Source: Adineta vaga (Eukaryota > Animalia > Rotifera). From it: DNA of 64,000 bases. Below, piece by piece: positions 40,357 through 52,243 of the stretch. The notes under the pieces are model-generated. The model did no database searches. It was given only the letters and a program-made list of their open reading frames with translations, and was not told the DNA's origin. The position numbers and the translations under genes are program-made. Location: contig CP075496.1 of NCBI GenBank assembly GCA_021613535.1, forward strand, positions 4,774,001 through 4,838,000, given 5' to 3'. Position 1 is the first letter of the stretch. The number at the start of each line of letters is the position of its first letter.

Positions 40357-41361
40357 CTATGTAGATGGTGAGAGAGTAGGTAATGGTTTTCTTTGTAACA
40401 ATTCAATCATATGTTGTTGTTCATTTGATGGCGATGAAGAAGTTGGAACTATTTGAATATTTGACTGTAGATCAGGAGCTGATGAAATATGTGTAATAAC
40501 TCTAAAATAAATGATATTGAAAAATGAAGTTTCTATTTGATTAACGAGTTTACTTTGGAATATCTTCAATTTCATATTGAGTTCCTTCATCTACAATTGC
40601 ACCCGCTTCTCTTTCTTCAGTCAATGGTTGCAATGTATCAGCTAGTGCAAATACAATCGGTTCATCTTTTGTACCTTGAACAATTGTATAATCAACACCT
40701 GGTTCAGCTTCTTTACTTTGAATTACAGATGCTGCAACAACAGCTGCAGCTTTAGGATCTATACGTCCAAATGGAATACTTGGTACAGCACCCCATGCAA
40801 AACCACGATCTGTACATTTAATTCGTGCATAATAAGCCAAAACAGCAAGTATAATTGCACCAATAAAAAACAATGGTAAAACAATTGTATGAAACTTTGG
40901 ATAATCACTGTATGGAATTTGAATAGATTTCGGTGAAATTGTTGTTGCTGTTAATACAGAATGAGTTTTATCTAATGGAAAGTTTCGAGATGTAATTTCA
41001 ACTAATCTGGCATGTAATGGTGTCCACCATGTTAAACTTGCTTCCGTTTCATTTCGATCAAAACCAAAATATCGACTTAGAATAGTACTAAATGATGTTT
41101 GTGAATGTGTTATTGTTTTTGCTAACCATGTTGATAATAGAATAGATAATAATGACATGATTAAAATCGACGAAATAAGTATGAAAAGACTTGATTTAGC
41201 TTCGATTACTAAATCTTTTGTTTCACTACTAATGGCATTGGTATCTAAATAAGATAACGGTTGAATTGTGAAGTAATTATTAGAAAAATAAGTTATTCAC
41301 CTTCACGAAGTGTTTCTGCTGTATCAGTTTCACCACCGTTTGTCTCTTTATCTCCTGCCAT
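40357..41361 (-). CDS. Uncharacterised membrane protein with two hydrophobic segments (3 exons)
   Basis: Exon 1 reads MAGDKETNGGETDTAETLRE. Exon 2 has TM segments SLFILISSILIMSLLSILLSTWL and IVLPLFFIGAIILAVLAYYA. Exon 3 reads RVITHISSAPD...PTLSPST*. Confidence 0.7.
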
Positions 41362-41872
41362 ATTTAGCTAATCTTTAGAAGAAAAAAAAGAAAAAATTTT
41401 ATTTAGTATTTATAAATAATTACGAACGAATTAGAGATCAAACTTTTATTTCATTATATACATTGATTCATTGTTTGACAATTTATATCTATCATTAAAA
41501 TATAATTGGTTAATTCTTTAAGCAATAGATTTTATTTATTCGTTCTTCAAGGACATCTTTGTGTAGTAATTTTAGTGAAATTTTCTAACTTTAGACGAAT
41601 TCATCTTTTGTATAACTAGAAAATGTTTTTCTTTAATCCAAGAAGTAATCTACATATGTCATTTCTGTCGCTACAATCAATGGTATTCTCTTTCTATTTC
41701 TATCATTTGTTCATCTATTTTCAAACGAATGTATTTTAAAATTCCATTCCATTTCAGAATAGTTTTGTTTGACGAAAAAATGTTATCTCCTCCTTCTCAT
41801 CTACATTTATTGAGTCAACTCAAAATACCATGCTCAATTCGTCATCGTAATAAATAATATATAAATATCAAA

Positions 41873-44800
41873 ATGTCGAAATCAATCTATCATTCTCGTC
41901 TATCTTCCTCAACATTAACAACACCTGATATAGATATTCCAATTTTAATGGAAAATAATATTGATCATCGTCGTCAATCGGCATTCAGTGATAGACGTCT
42001 TAATAATGTTAATTATGTTCGACATGTTCTAAGAAGATTTTTTGGTGGTTCAAATAGGAAATCATCTCCAACGGCAGGTTTAGATGATAGTCCATACGAA
42101 CAATCACCAACATTAAATATTCTTTCGGAGAATTTTTCATCTCCAATCTTAATTCATCCAACATTACAATATGATAAACATACGAAATTTTCCGGTAAAA
42201 AATTTCATTTTATTTTAAAGCAAAATAAATCAATCTTTTCTTATTAGGTGAATTATTACTCGATTGGTTATTGATTCATTTCGAAGGTCGTGGTGAACCA
42301 CCAACATTAAAACAAGTTCTTATCAAATGTTGTAAATGTCTTATATCTCTTGGAGTACTTCGAACTGAACCTGATGAAAACAATGATCTATTTCAAGTAA
42401 AAAAATGCCTTTCTTTTTTCATTGAATAAGATTATAATTAAGAGAATAGCAAAATATCGATATGTACATTTTTTTTTGCGAAATAACCATGTATATACGA
42501 AAGTATAAAAGGTACCTTGTGAAAGAGTGAAGGTAATCAATTGTATTATATTGTATAGAAATACGATTGAAGTAATATGTATGAAATATTGTCATTTCGT
42601 TTGGTATATAAGCCTCACAAACGATCAATGATATTCGCATAATTGAGCTCGATGAGATACGCGCTTTTTGATGTGTGAATGACATAAATGTTTTGACAGA
42701 CACATTTTTCTTTCTCAATAATCAATAGAAATTTGAACAAACCTATATAGAAAAATCATTTCAGAGTAAATATTATCAATATTAATCTAAATTTACTATT
42801 ACAGACGCATCGATTTATCTTTTCAAAAAATGCCATCAACTAAGAGACATTCAAGGTTAATCATCTATATTAATGAAAGATTTCTTTTCGTATCTAGTCA
42901 ATAAGTTCATAAGCGTTGTTGTTAATAGTTTTACCTTGACAAGAATGAGCAAAAACCTTGATAGACTGTCTGCATATATTTATTTCTCAGCCCAATTAAA
43001 TTATATAGGTGTCTGGAGACGACTATTATATAACCTTTGACATTGAATACGTCGCGATGCTCATCAGTTGTCGTCGACCGACGTTACAATTGTATTCATA
43101 GAAGTATGTTGAATGTTGTCTATACATTTAGTTCAATTAACCAAATAAGCTGATATATGTCGAATAAAATAAGAAACAACCATGAAGGATATAGACAAAA
43201 AAAGTCAAGCGAATAATGCTAATTAAAACATTTCGAAAGAGTAACGCTTTTCTTTTATGTAATGTGCGCCGATCGAATAACTATCGTAAGAATCTATTTA
43301 TTACATTTATTGTATTTTCTACTTAAAAATCTCTCGATTTGCGAACAATATTTTGAAATCTGTGACAGAGAAAGAGACGATGATTAAGTACAGTATAGAA
43401 TCCATGAGAAAGAAAGGAATTCAATTGATATTTATTCAAAATATGTCAAAGAGTGTTTGTATGAATCATAACAATCTTTCTTCTTTCATGATTCATTTAA
43501 AATCTGAGTCATTTATCATGGCATTAAAAAAATTATACTAGTCTGATTCATTTCTTTCGTTTTTCTTTTTTTTGTATTAGACACAAAACTTATATTCATG
43601 GGCAACCCACATTGATGATGACGATACAGATGTCAAATTATCACCACCAAAAACGATCGATGACCGTAAGTTTCGATTTTTTTCTTTTTTCATTAATATT
43701 TGATCAATCGTCTCTAATCGGAATGATTACGATTGAAGATTTGAAGCTTTCTATGTTCATATTAACAGTCAAGGATTTTGTATCCATATCGTTTTTTGTA
43801 TTCTAGTCATTTAAGTGTGACTAAAGAAGCAAAAGAAAGACAGGCAGGCAAACAGGTATCATTGTCGTTTGCTCTTTTACCGTGTTCGTAACATATGATT
43901 CTGTCATTTATATCTCTCCAACATATATTTCGTTTTCTTTTTACAAAATCACTGCTCTTGTAATTTTTCTCGCCTTTCGCTCTATTTCCTATCACTTTTG
44001 TACTAATCAACAGAGAATAACACGCTGTCTCCCTCTCTCTCTCTCTCTCTCCTTCTCTCGGCTATCAATACTCACGAATATAAACGAAAAAGAGAAGAAT
44101 TAAGACATTGAAATAAAAGTATGTATCCTTCTCGTCAATAGTTAATCATCATCTGCTCGAAAACAAGGAAAATAAACATAGGCCATCGGCAACAACTACT
44201 ATTTTGGATATTCTTCGAGTAAGGTTTTTTATATTCTCAAGATTTCCTTGAATGTTATAAAATGATATAATCAAATAGAACGAATACGGATTGCAACCTA
44301 AAAAAGTTCCGGTTGAACGAAAAACGGTATCGACGCAAGTGGATCCAGTAGTTGAAATAGAAAAATTCGAGCAATCAATTCAAACAGACCATTCAAATCA
44401 GCCACTTGTTCCGTATTTCAAGGTAATAAATACACTATAAGAAAATCATATCATAGATTCTTTCTGTTCATTATTTATAGAAATGTTTGACATTTAAATT
44501 GAAGCCAATGCCAATCTCCATTATTTCCAATTCTCAATCAGATTGTGAACCATCATCTTCATCTCCACATTGTTATGATGAAATCACTATTCGACGAGCA
44601 ATGCATAAATTACTATCATGTGATAGTAGTAGCGAATCCTCGTCGCCCATAGATGATGATGTTCGTTCATCGTCACTCATCCTTCGTCCTCCATTAGCAT
44701 TTAAAAATAATCATGTTAAATTTTCAAGTAATTCATTGGAAAGTCTATTTTATTTCTCTATTTTATTTTGTTTAAAGGTGAGTTATTACTTGAATGGTTA

Positions 44801-47800
44801 GCAGCCAATTGTGACGGAAAAAATTCAACTTCACAAACATTTCCACAATTCAAACCATGTACAGATTCTCATAGTAATAACAATACAGATGACATTGAAC
44901 TTCAACAAGTAATTTAAAATTGATTGTATTGATAGTTATTAAAAGTCGATGTTTGTCGTTGAAATTTGTTACAGAATATATTTGATCATCTCTTTTTCTT
45001 GTATTTAGTCTTTGGACTCAGCATCGTGTATAAATAAATCAAAATTAACACCATCATCCGATCATGAACAAACTATTTCATCATCTACTTCACATCATCA
45101 AAACATCCAAGATGACGTACGTTTATTATTGTCAGATCTCGTTATTCAAGTTGATGAAACATCAAAACAATGCGAAATACTACCGACGTCGATGTTAGTT
45201 TAATCTCTATATTTAATTATTTTTACCTATTCTATCTATATGTAGATCAAACAATTCACAATCAACAATACCTCCACCTCCTCCACCACCACCATTTTTT
45301 GTGAACGTGACATCACCTTCTTCATCATCTTTTACTTCTATTCCACCACCGCCACCACCTCCTCCATTTTTGGGCTTTAGTATTCCTCCTCCACCACCGC
45401 CATCTTTTCCAAGTTCAACTGGTCCACCGCCTCCGCCTCCACCTCCACCATTTCCAGGTTTTGGTGGTCCGCCACCTCCGCCTCCACCTCCACCATTTCC
45501 TGGTTTTGGCGGTCCACCACCTCCGCCTCCACCTCCACCATTTCCAGGTTTTGGTGGTCCACCACCACCACCTCCGCCTCCACCATTTCCTGGCTTTGGT
45601 ATTACGGCAGCAGGTTCTGGTGGACCTCCACCTCCACCTCCAATGATGCCTGGATTTGGTGGTAAGGAAAAAAACTAATAAATGCTCTTCATTATTTCAA
45701 CTTATCTTCTAGCTCTACCTCAACTACCACAGTATTTACGTAAGAAGCAAAAGTATGCAGTTACAGAACCAGTTAAAAAAGTTCAATGGAGTAAAGTTAG
45801 TTTATAGTTCTAGATTTTCATTCTTTTGTTTTCATCTATGTTATTTTCTTAGATCAACCCTCATACTATCAAAAAAGACTCGATGTGGGTTCATGTCGAT
45901 GAAGAAAAGTACATTAGTGATGAACTTTTTTCAGATATTCGAAAGAATTTCGCTAGCAAAGTTGCACCAAGTAAAAGTCGATTGTCCAATGATTTTCTTC
46001 AGAATTGAAACGATAATTTTCTTTTAGCTAGACAACCTATACATGATCTTGTTGATAAATCCAAAGAATTACGTGTTCTTGATTCAAAGGCGGCACAGAA
46101 TTTCGGTAAGAATTGAATTTTCAAAAAAGCATATTTAAATTAATCGACTATTTTCTAGCTATAATGTTTAGTCAATTGAAAGCTCCACCACAAATATTTC
46201 GTGAATGGATGTTATCATGTGATAATGAGTCATTAAAAGATGATTTTCTTAAACAATTGGAAAAATATTTACCAACAGCTGAAGAATTAAAAAGTTTATC
46301 TGAATTTAAAAATGAAATCAATGATTTACAATACTCGGAACAATATTTTTGTGCAGTAAAATTTCATATAAACTCATTATGATCATGATTTATTGCAATA
46401 TTATTTTAGATCGGTGATATAAAACGTTTAAAACAACGATTAAAAACTCTTCTATTCAAATCAAGTTATAAAGAAACAGTTGAAGAAACAGACAAAGTTT
46501 GTTTCTCGAATTTTCCAAAAGAAATCCTATGTTTGTTTCTTTCTTATTTTAGGCATTAACTGAAGTTCGAACTGCTTGTGATCATGTCCGACATTCGATA
46601 AGATTTCAAAAGCTACTTGAATTAATTTTAACTATAGGAAATTATATGAATTCCAGTGCGAAATCATATGAACCTATTCATGGATTTGACATTAGTTTTT
46701 TACCCAAAGTAATTTCACATAAACATTTGGTGTATTTACATATTGAACTTATTTCAATAGCTTCATTCAACAAAAGCCAACGATGGTCGTCGAACATTAC
46801 TTCATTTTATTGTTCAAGCGATCGAAGATAAACATCGTGATTTACTTACATTCTCGGACGAATTCTATTCACTTGCTGATGGAGTATCAAAAAGTAAAAT
46901 TTCATCATTTTAATAATCCAGAAGAAAATATTTTCTATTCTAGTCAATATACTCGAATTACAGAAGCAACCGAAAGAAATCAATCGAGAATTAAAGAATG
47001 CTCGAGAAGAATTAGCGATCGCAAAAAATGTAGATGAACAAATCGAAGGAGATAAATTTGCTGAAGCAATTGAGGTTTGAAATTCACTTTCAATCATCTC
47101 TGAAAATGATTACTATTGTTTTTTCAAGGAATTTATAACTCGAGCTGATGATGATGTTGCACGATTGGAACAATTAGATGGAGAAATGACTCAAGCTTAT
47201 CAAGATCTATGTGATTTCCTAGCGATTGATCTGAAAAACTATTCTCTCAATGAATTTTTCACAGATCTCAAATCATTTTGTTCTTTCTTTTCGGTAGATC
47301 TATTTTACATCTCAAATATTATAATTCTTCTCTTTTTTTCTCATTTCATAGACATGTCTTCAAGAAGTACGTGCATGGCGTGAACAAGCTGCAAGAGCTG
47401 CTAAAACTTCGTAAGTAATTTATATTAAAAAGTTAAAATACGAGTATTAAATTACCCATAAAAACAAAACATATCTGAAAGACCTACTCGATTTAGTCAA
47501 AATCTAATGTCTACTTCGCAATACTTTGTTCGAACATCTTCTCGTCGTTTTCCTACTCGATATGATTCGACAGAAGATTTTCTCATGGCAGCTGCTGAAA
47601 GTGGTTCATGCTCATCACGTGGTTCATCTCCTTGTATAGCATATCGTCGTCAGGTAGCTTTATTGATATAATCACGCTCATAGAAACTGACATGGGACTA
47701 CGGATTGCATGTTTTTTATGTTTGACAAGAAAACTTATATCGAAATGAATGATATTCATTTGAATGTTTCTCTTCTTTTTTTCTTTAGAAGTATCCAATC

Positions 47801-47954
47801 GTCAGTCGAGAAAAGGATTCTCGATATTCCAGATGATTCCACTGTCGTTAATCGTCGTCCATTATCGCGTATTGAAGATTTGATTGATAAGCGTAAAACA
47901 AATCGTGGATTAACACCAATAAATACCCCAACAAAAAGACGATCTCAATCTTAG
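41873..47954 (+). CDS. Formin with FH1 and Diaphanous-type FH2; atypical N-terminus with DEP-like repeats
   Basis: Poly-Pro FH1 lies at ~45270-45660. FH2 reads KKVQWSKI...MWVHVDEE...KELRVLDSKAAQNFAIM...KYLPT...GNYMN...GFDISFLPKLHSTKANDGRRTLLHFI...GDKF...EFFTDL. A phase-consistent exon chain links ATG 41873 to FH1 (exons 42248, 43581, 44142, 44279, 44481, 44778, 45010, 45246). Confidence 0.85.
45421..45600 (+). repeat. Coding tandem repeat, ~42 bp unit (PPPPPPPPPFPGFGG-like), ~3-4 copies, in the formin FH1
   Basis: The sequence cctccgcctccacctccaccatttccwggttttggyggt recurs. Confidence 0.85.
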
Positions 47955-48343
47955 AGAATGATTCTATCTTCCTGTTCAAACGCTGACAATCTCATATTTA
48001 TTTTTCTTTCTTTTTCTTTTATATCCAGTGAACATTTATTTATATTCCATCAAAATTATCAATTCCTTAATATTGAGTATTTCTTACTTAATAAAATATT
48101 TCTTTTTCGTTCATTCTTCACTTCGAAATCAATGTCGAGTTTGTTTACGTTATAGAATACGTGCTATTTTTCTATGTGTTAAATTTTTTCTTTCTCTTTT
48201 CTTTTTTTTGTCTCTTCTCTATTTTCTTTTTGTCTTAATGTCATGTTATTAATCATGAAAACTAATTGATCAAAGAAATATATGCATATAAATTTTGTTG
48301 TGATGATTCTTATTGTTTGTTTTTCTCTTTAATCTTATTACAG

Positions 48344-49737
48344 ATGGACATTAGCTGTCCAGAATGTCACACGACAAAGTATCGAAATCCGAAAATGAAA
48401 TTAATGGTCAGCAAATGCGGCCATTCATTGTAGGTGATTTCGAAGAGAGAAATATTCTTTCTGTTTTAATCAATTCTTTTCTCATAGATGTGAAACTTGT
48501 GTGGATAATAAATTCAGTAAAGGTGTTGGATATTGTCCAACATGTAAAACTGAATTGAAAAAGAACGGATATCGATTTCAAATATTTGAAGATCCATTTG
48601 TAGAATTAGAAACTGACATACGGAAACGAATTCTTAAAGAGTAAGTACACATACGATCAAATGAAAACAGAAGTATAGACATTTTTACTATAGTTTTAAT
48701 CGAAAAGAACAAGATTTTACGTCGCTTGATGCTTATAATGATTACTTAGAAATGGTCGAAACTTACAGTAAGTATGATGAAATGACAAATCTTACGTCAT
48801 GACAAAGAGAAAAGAATGTTGAAATCGTATATCATATTTTTAGTATTTAATCTCACAAATAAAATCGATATCGAAGAAACGGAACGACGAATTGTTGAAT
48901 ACAAAGATGCGAATAAAGATTTAATTAATAAAAATCGTGGGAAATTAGTAAGTTAAATCTTAATGTAAAAAAAAAATGTATATTCTCTACTTATGATGAT
49001 AATTAGAGTAATGATGAAATATTTATTGAACATTTAATTGAACAAGAACGTGCAGCTGATGAAATGCGTAAACAAATCTATGAACAAGAAATTCAAAAAG
49101 AACAAGAAGCGAAACAACGCGTTAAAGATGATCTGATGTCAGCTTTAGTAAAGAATAGACATATCTTTTGTTTTGTTTTATTTCAGCAATTTTGTTTTTG
49201 TATATTTAGCTTCAGTCAGACGGTAATGTTGGTCAAATATTGAAGAAAAGTATTGAAGATCTTGAAAAAAAACGAAAAGAAGATGTTCAACCAATTATGC
49301 CCAATATGGTAAAGTTATTTTTGATAAGAAATTGAAAGAAATGTTTTTGTTGTTTAGTTGAAAAAAGAAGAAGAAATTCTGATTTCATTAACAAGTGATC
49401 AAAATCAACAGAGATTGTTTGAATATACAGTACCGGTGTATGAACATCAGGGACCTCCTATTCCTGATCGAACAGATCTTGAACAACTTGGGTACGAAAA
49501 CTTCGATATTTTATCTTTTTGAGTAAAGTAATTCATGTCGATATCTTCTTTTTTTGTAGTTATTTAGATCATATTCGTCAAGAAAAAGCAGTCGAACGTG
49601 CTGGTGGTTTTACAAGAGAGTATCCATGTTTACGAGCAATTGAAGAAGCATTCGATATGTTATTATTTGTTAAAGAAAATGTATTAAATAATGTGAAAAA
49701 AGAGTCGACATCTGAAAATGAACCTATGGAAAGTTAA
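48344..49737 (+). CDS. MNAT1: CDK-activating kinase assembly factor MAT1 (TFIIH subunit)
   Basis: RING reads [34 protein letters not shown]...CPTC. Further matches are [29 protein letters not shown], and the C-terminal [18 protein letters not shown]. Confidence 0.93.
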
Positions 49738-49801
49738 GATAATAAAATAATCTTTTTTTTTCCTCATTTTATTTCAGATAGATTGAAAGTTTTCGATCGA
49801 A
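49738..49801 (+). promoter_or_regulatory. Candidate intercistronic region: AATAAA (49741-46), U-rich tract and TTTCAG acceptor (49777)
   Basis: A 64-nt gap between the MNAT1 stop and the TRMT5 ATG contains both a poly(A) signal and a polypyrimidine/AG acceptor. Confidence 0.55.
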
Positions 49802-51178
49802 ATGCAATTAACATTACCTTTATCATTAAAAGGTATGATTGAACTTGATCGTGATCAATTTATTCAAACATTTGATGTTCCTTATGTAAATATTTCCGGT
49901 GAATGTATTCATTCATCGAAATGGAAAGATTATCTATTAATAATACATGCATTCAAAAATGTTCGTGACTTAGAAGGACGATTGAAACAAGTTTTATTCG
50001 ATCCGGAAGTCATCAAAACAAAAGAAGATATTATTAAATTCATTCCATCGATTAAAGATTATGTTGAAGAATCATTTGCTTTCACATCAATTACAATTAC
50101 ATATGAAAACTATACAATTGAACAAGTGATTAAAGCAATTATACCAGATGATTTAATGACAGATAAACGTGTTAATACAGGTTCAGGTTATAGTATTATT
50201 GGACATATTGCTCATTTTAACTTACGTGATGATGTTTTACCATATAAGAATATTATTGGTGAGTAGAAGATCAGTTTTCGTTTAGTTTTGAATAGATGAA
50301 ATTTTTATGTATGTTTTCAAGTATTGTAGCTCAAGTAATTCTTGATAAATTGTCAAATGTTAGAACAGTTGTAAATAAATTACATGAAATTGATTCTGTT
50401 TATCGTAATTTCGAATTGGAAATAATTGCTGGTGATCCAAATACAATTGTCAAATGTCGAGAAAGTAAAGCAATGTTTCAATTTGATTTTGCGAAAGTTT
50501 ATTGGAATCCTCGTCTAAGTAAGTTCATAAAATTTCTGTTCAACCTTCTGTAAGACTATCTAGTTTTGTATAGGTACAGAACATGAACGTATCATTGATA
50601 TTCTTCATTCAAATGATCTTGTTTTTGATATATTTGCTGGAGTTGGACCATTTGCTGTTCCAGCATCGATGCTAGGTTGTATTGTTTATGCAAATGATAT
50701 CAATCCTGAATGTTATAAATGGATGGAAATTAATTTGAAAAAGAATCAACCGAAAAAATCACCGAAAGAGTATCATATATACAATCTTGATGGACGAGAA
50801 TTTCTACAAACAATTGCGTTACCGCAAATAGAAATCTATCAAAATGAACTTTTGAATAATTCAGACGAGTATCGAAATGTATTGCAGAAAAAAATTGTGA
50901 TCATAATGAATTTACCTGCACTTGCTTTAACATTTTTGGATGTTGTTTCTAATTGGTTATCGAACAACACGGTGGAAAAAGAAAAATGGATGATGCCAAT
51001 TCATATTCATTGTTATACATTTTCGAGAGCAGATGATCGTATGGAAGATGTTCGATTACAATTAAAAACAATCATACCGAATATTCATGATGATCATATA
51101 TCATGTCGATTTGTTCGAAAAGTAGCACCAAACAAAGATATGATGTGTGCGCATCTACGTATATTTGAGAAAAAATAA
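49802..51178 (+). CDS. TRMT5: tRNA (guanine(37)-N1)-methyltransferase Trm5 (3 exons)
   Basis: Contains GMIELDRDQF, SGYSIIGHIAHFNLRD, RTVVNK...YRNF, FDFAKVYWNPRLSTEHER, DIFAGVGPFAVP, VYANDINP, IMNLP and VRKVAPNKDMMC. Confidence 0.93.
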
Positions 51179-51250
51179 TGATTTAAAAAAAATATTCTTT
51201 GTGTTTTGATTTCTATAAAAAAAATAGCAATGATATTTTCATTCTTGTAG

Positions 51251-52009
51251 ATGTCTTCTTCAATGAATTTAATTAAAACTATTTTGATCGAGGGTAATTT
51301 TGAAATTATTGTTTGAAAGTATGTTAATTCTTAGAATATCCGATTAGGTAATATCGGTGTTGGAAAATCAACAATAATGTCTCATATTGCATCATCATAT
51401 CCATCGAATCTTGTTCAAGTTCATTGTGAACCTGTCGAAAATTGGATGAATATTAAAGGTTTCGATCTTCTCAATGCTTTATATAGTGAAAGTACTCGAT
51501 GGACATTTACATTTGAATTGACAGCACTTTTATCACGAATTAAAAATCATATGAATTCTGTATCAAATCGTCATATTAATATTTTTGAACGTTCGATTCT
51601 CAGTTGTTTTCATGTATTTATTGATAATGATCGTGAACAAAATTATTTAAATGATGCTGAATATCGAATTCTTCAAAATCATTATGATTATGGTCTTGAA
51701 AGAACTCTAGATTTGTCCACAACAGCAATTCTGTACTTTGATCTATCACCAAAACAATGTTATGAACGAATTCTTAAACGATCAAGACAATCCGAATCAT
51801 CCATTGATTTAAAACGTCTTGAAGAATTGAAATTTCATTATGATAAATTCATTAAAAACTTTACTTTATGTCCTGTAAAAATTATCGATGCATCTCAATC
51901 ACTCGAAGAAACATATAAACAAATTGATTCCTTACTAAATCAATTTCTTACACAAAATGAAAATCAATCAGATAGTGAATTAAATTATAAGAAAAGCAAA
52001 TACAACTAA
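51251..52009 (+). CDS. Deoxynucleoside kinase (dNK/TK2/dCK family), 2 exons
   Basis: The P-loop IEG|NIGVGKST is split by intron 51295-51348. Also present are EPVENW, the ERS motif and the lid RILKRSRQSE. Confidence 0.9.
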
Positions 52010-52243
52010 ATCATTCTATATATATATCAAATCTAATCGTAAATGGTATTAGTTATGCGTCGGATTCGCTCAGGTGATTTTCCTTTTCTGTTTTTTTACG
52101 ATAAGGAAGAAAAACAATTGTTGTTTTCTTTTGTTACGAATAAATTGAATCACCCCGTAGTCAAAGGGTCGAGATACGTAATTGATGATAAACTTTGACA
52201 TACACATATGTTTATTACAAATAATTGATTATAACAAAATAAA

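Noticed and set aside
43840-44125. Possible internal promoter or alternative first exon in the formin intron
   Set aside because: Only a CT-rich tract and one donor-like gtatgt support it, and the main exon chain is consistent without it.
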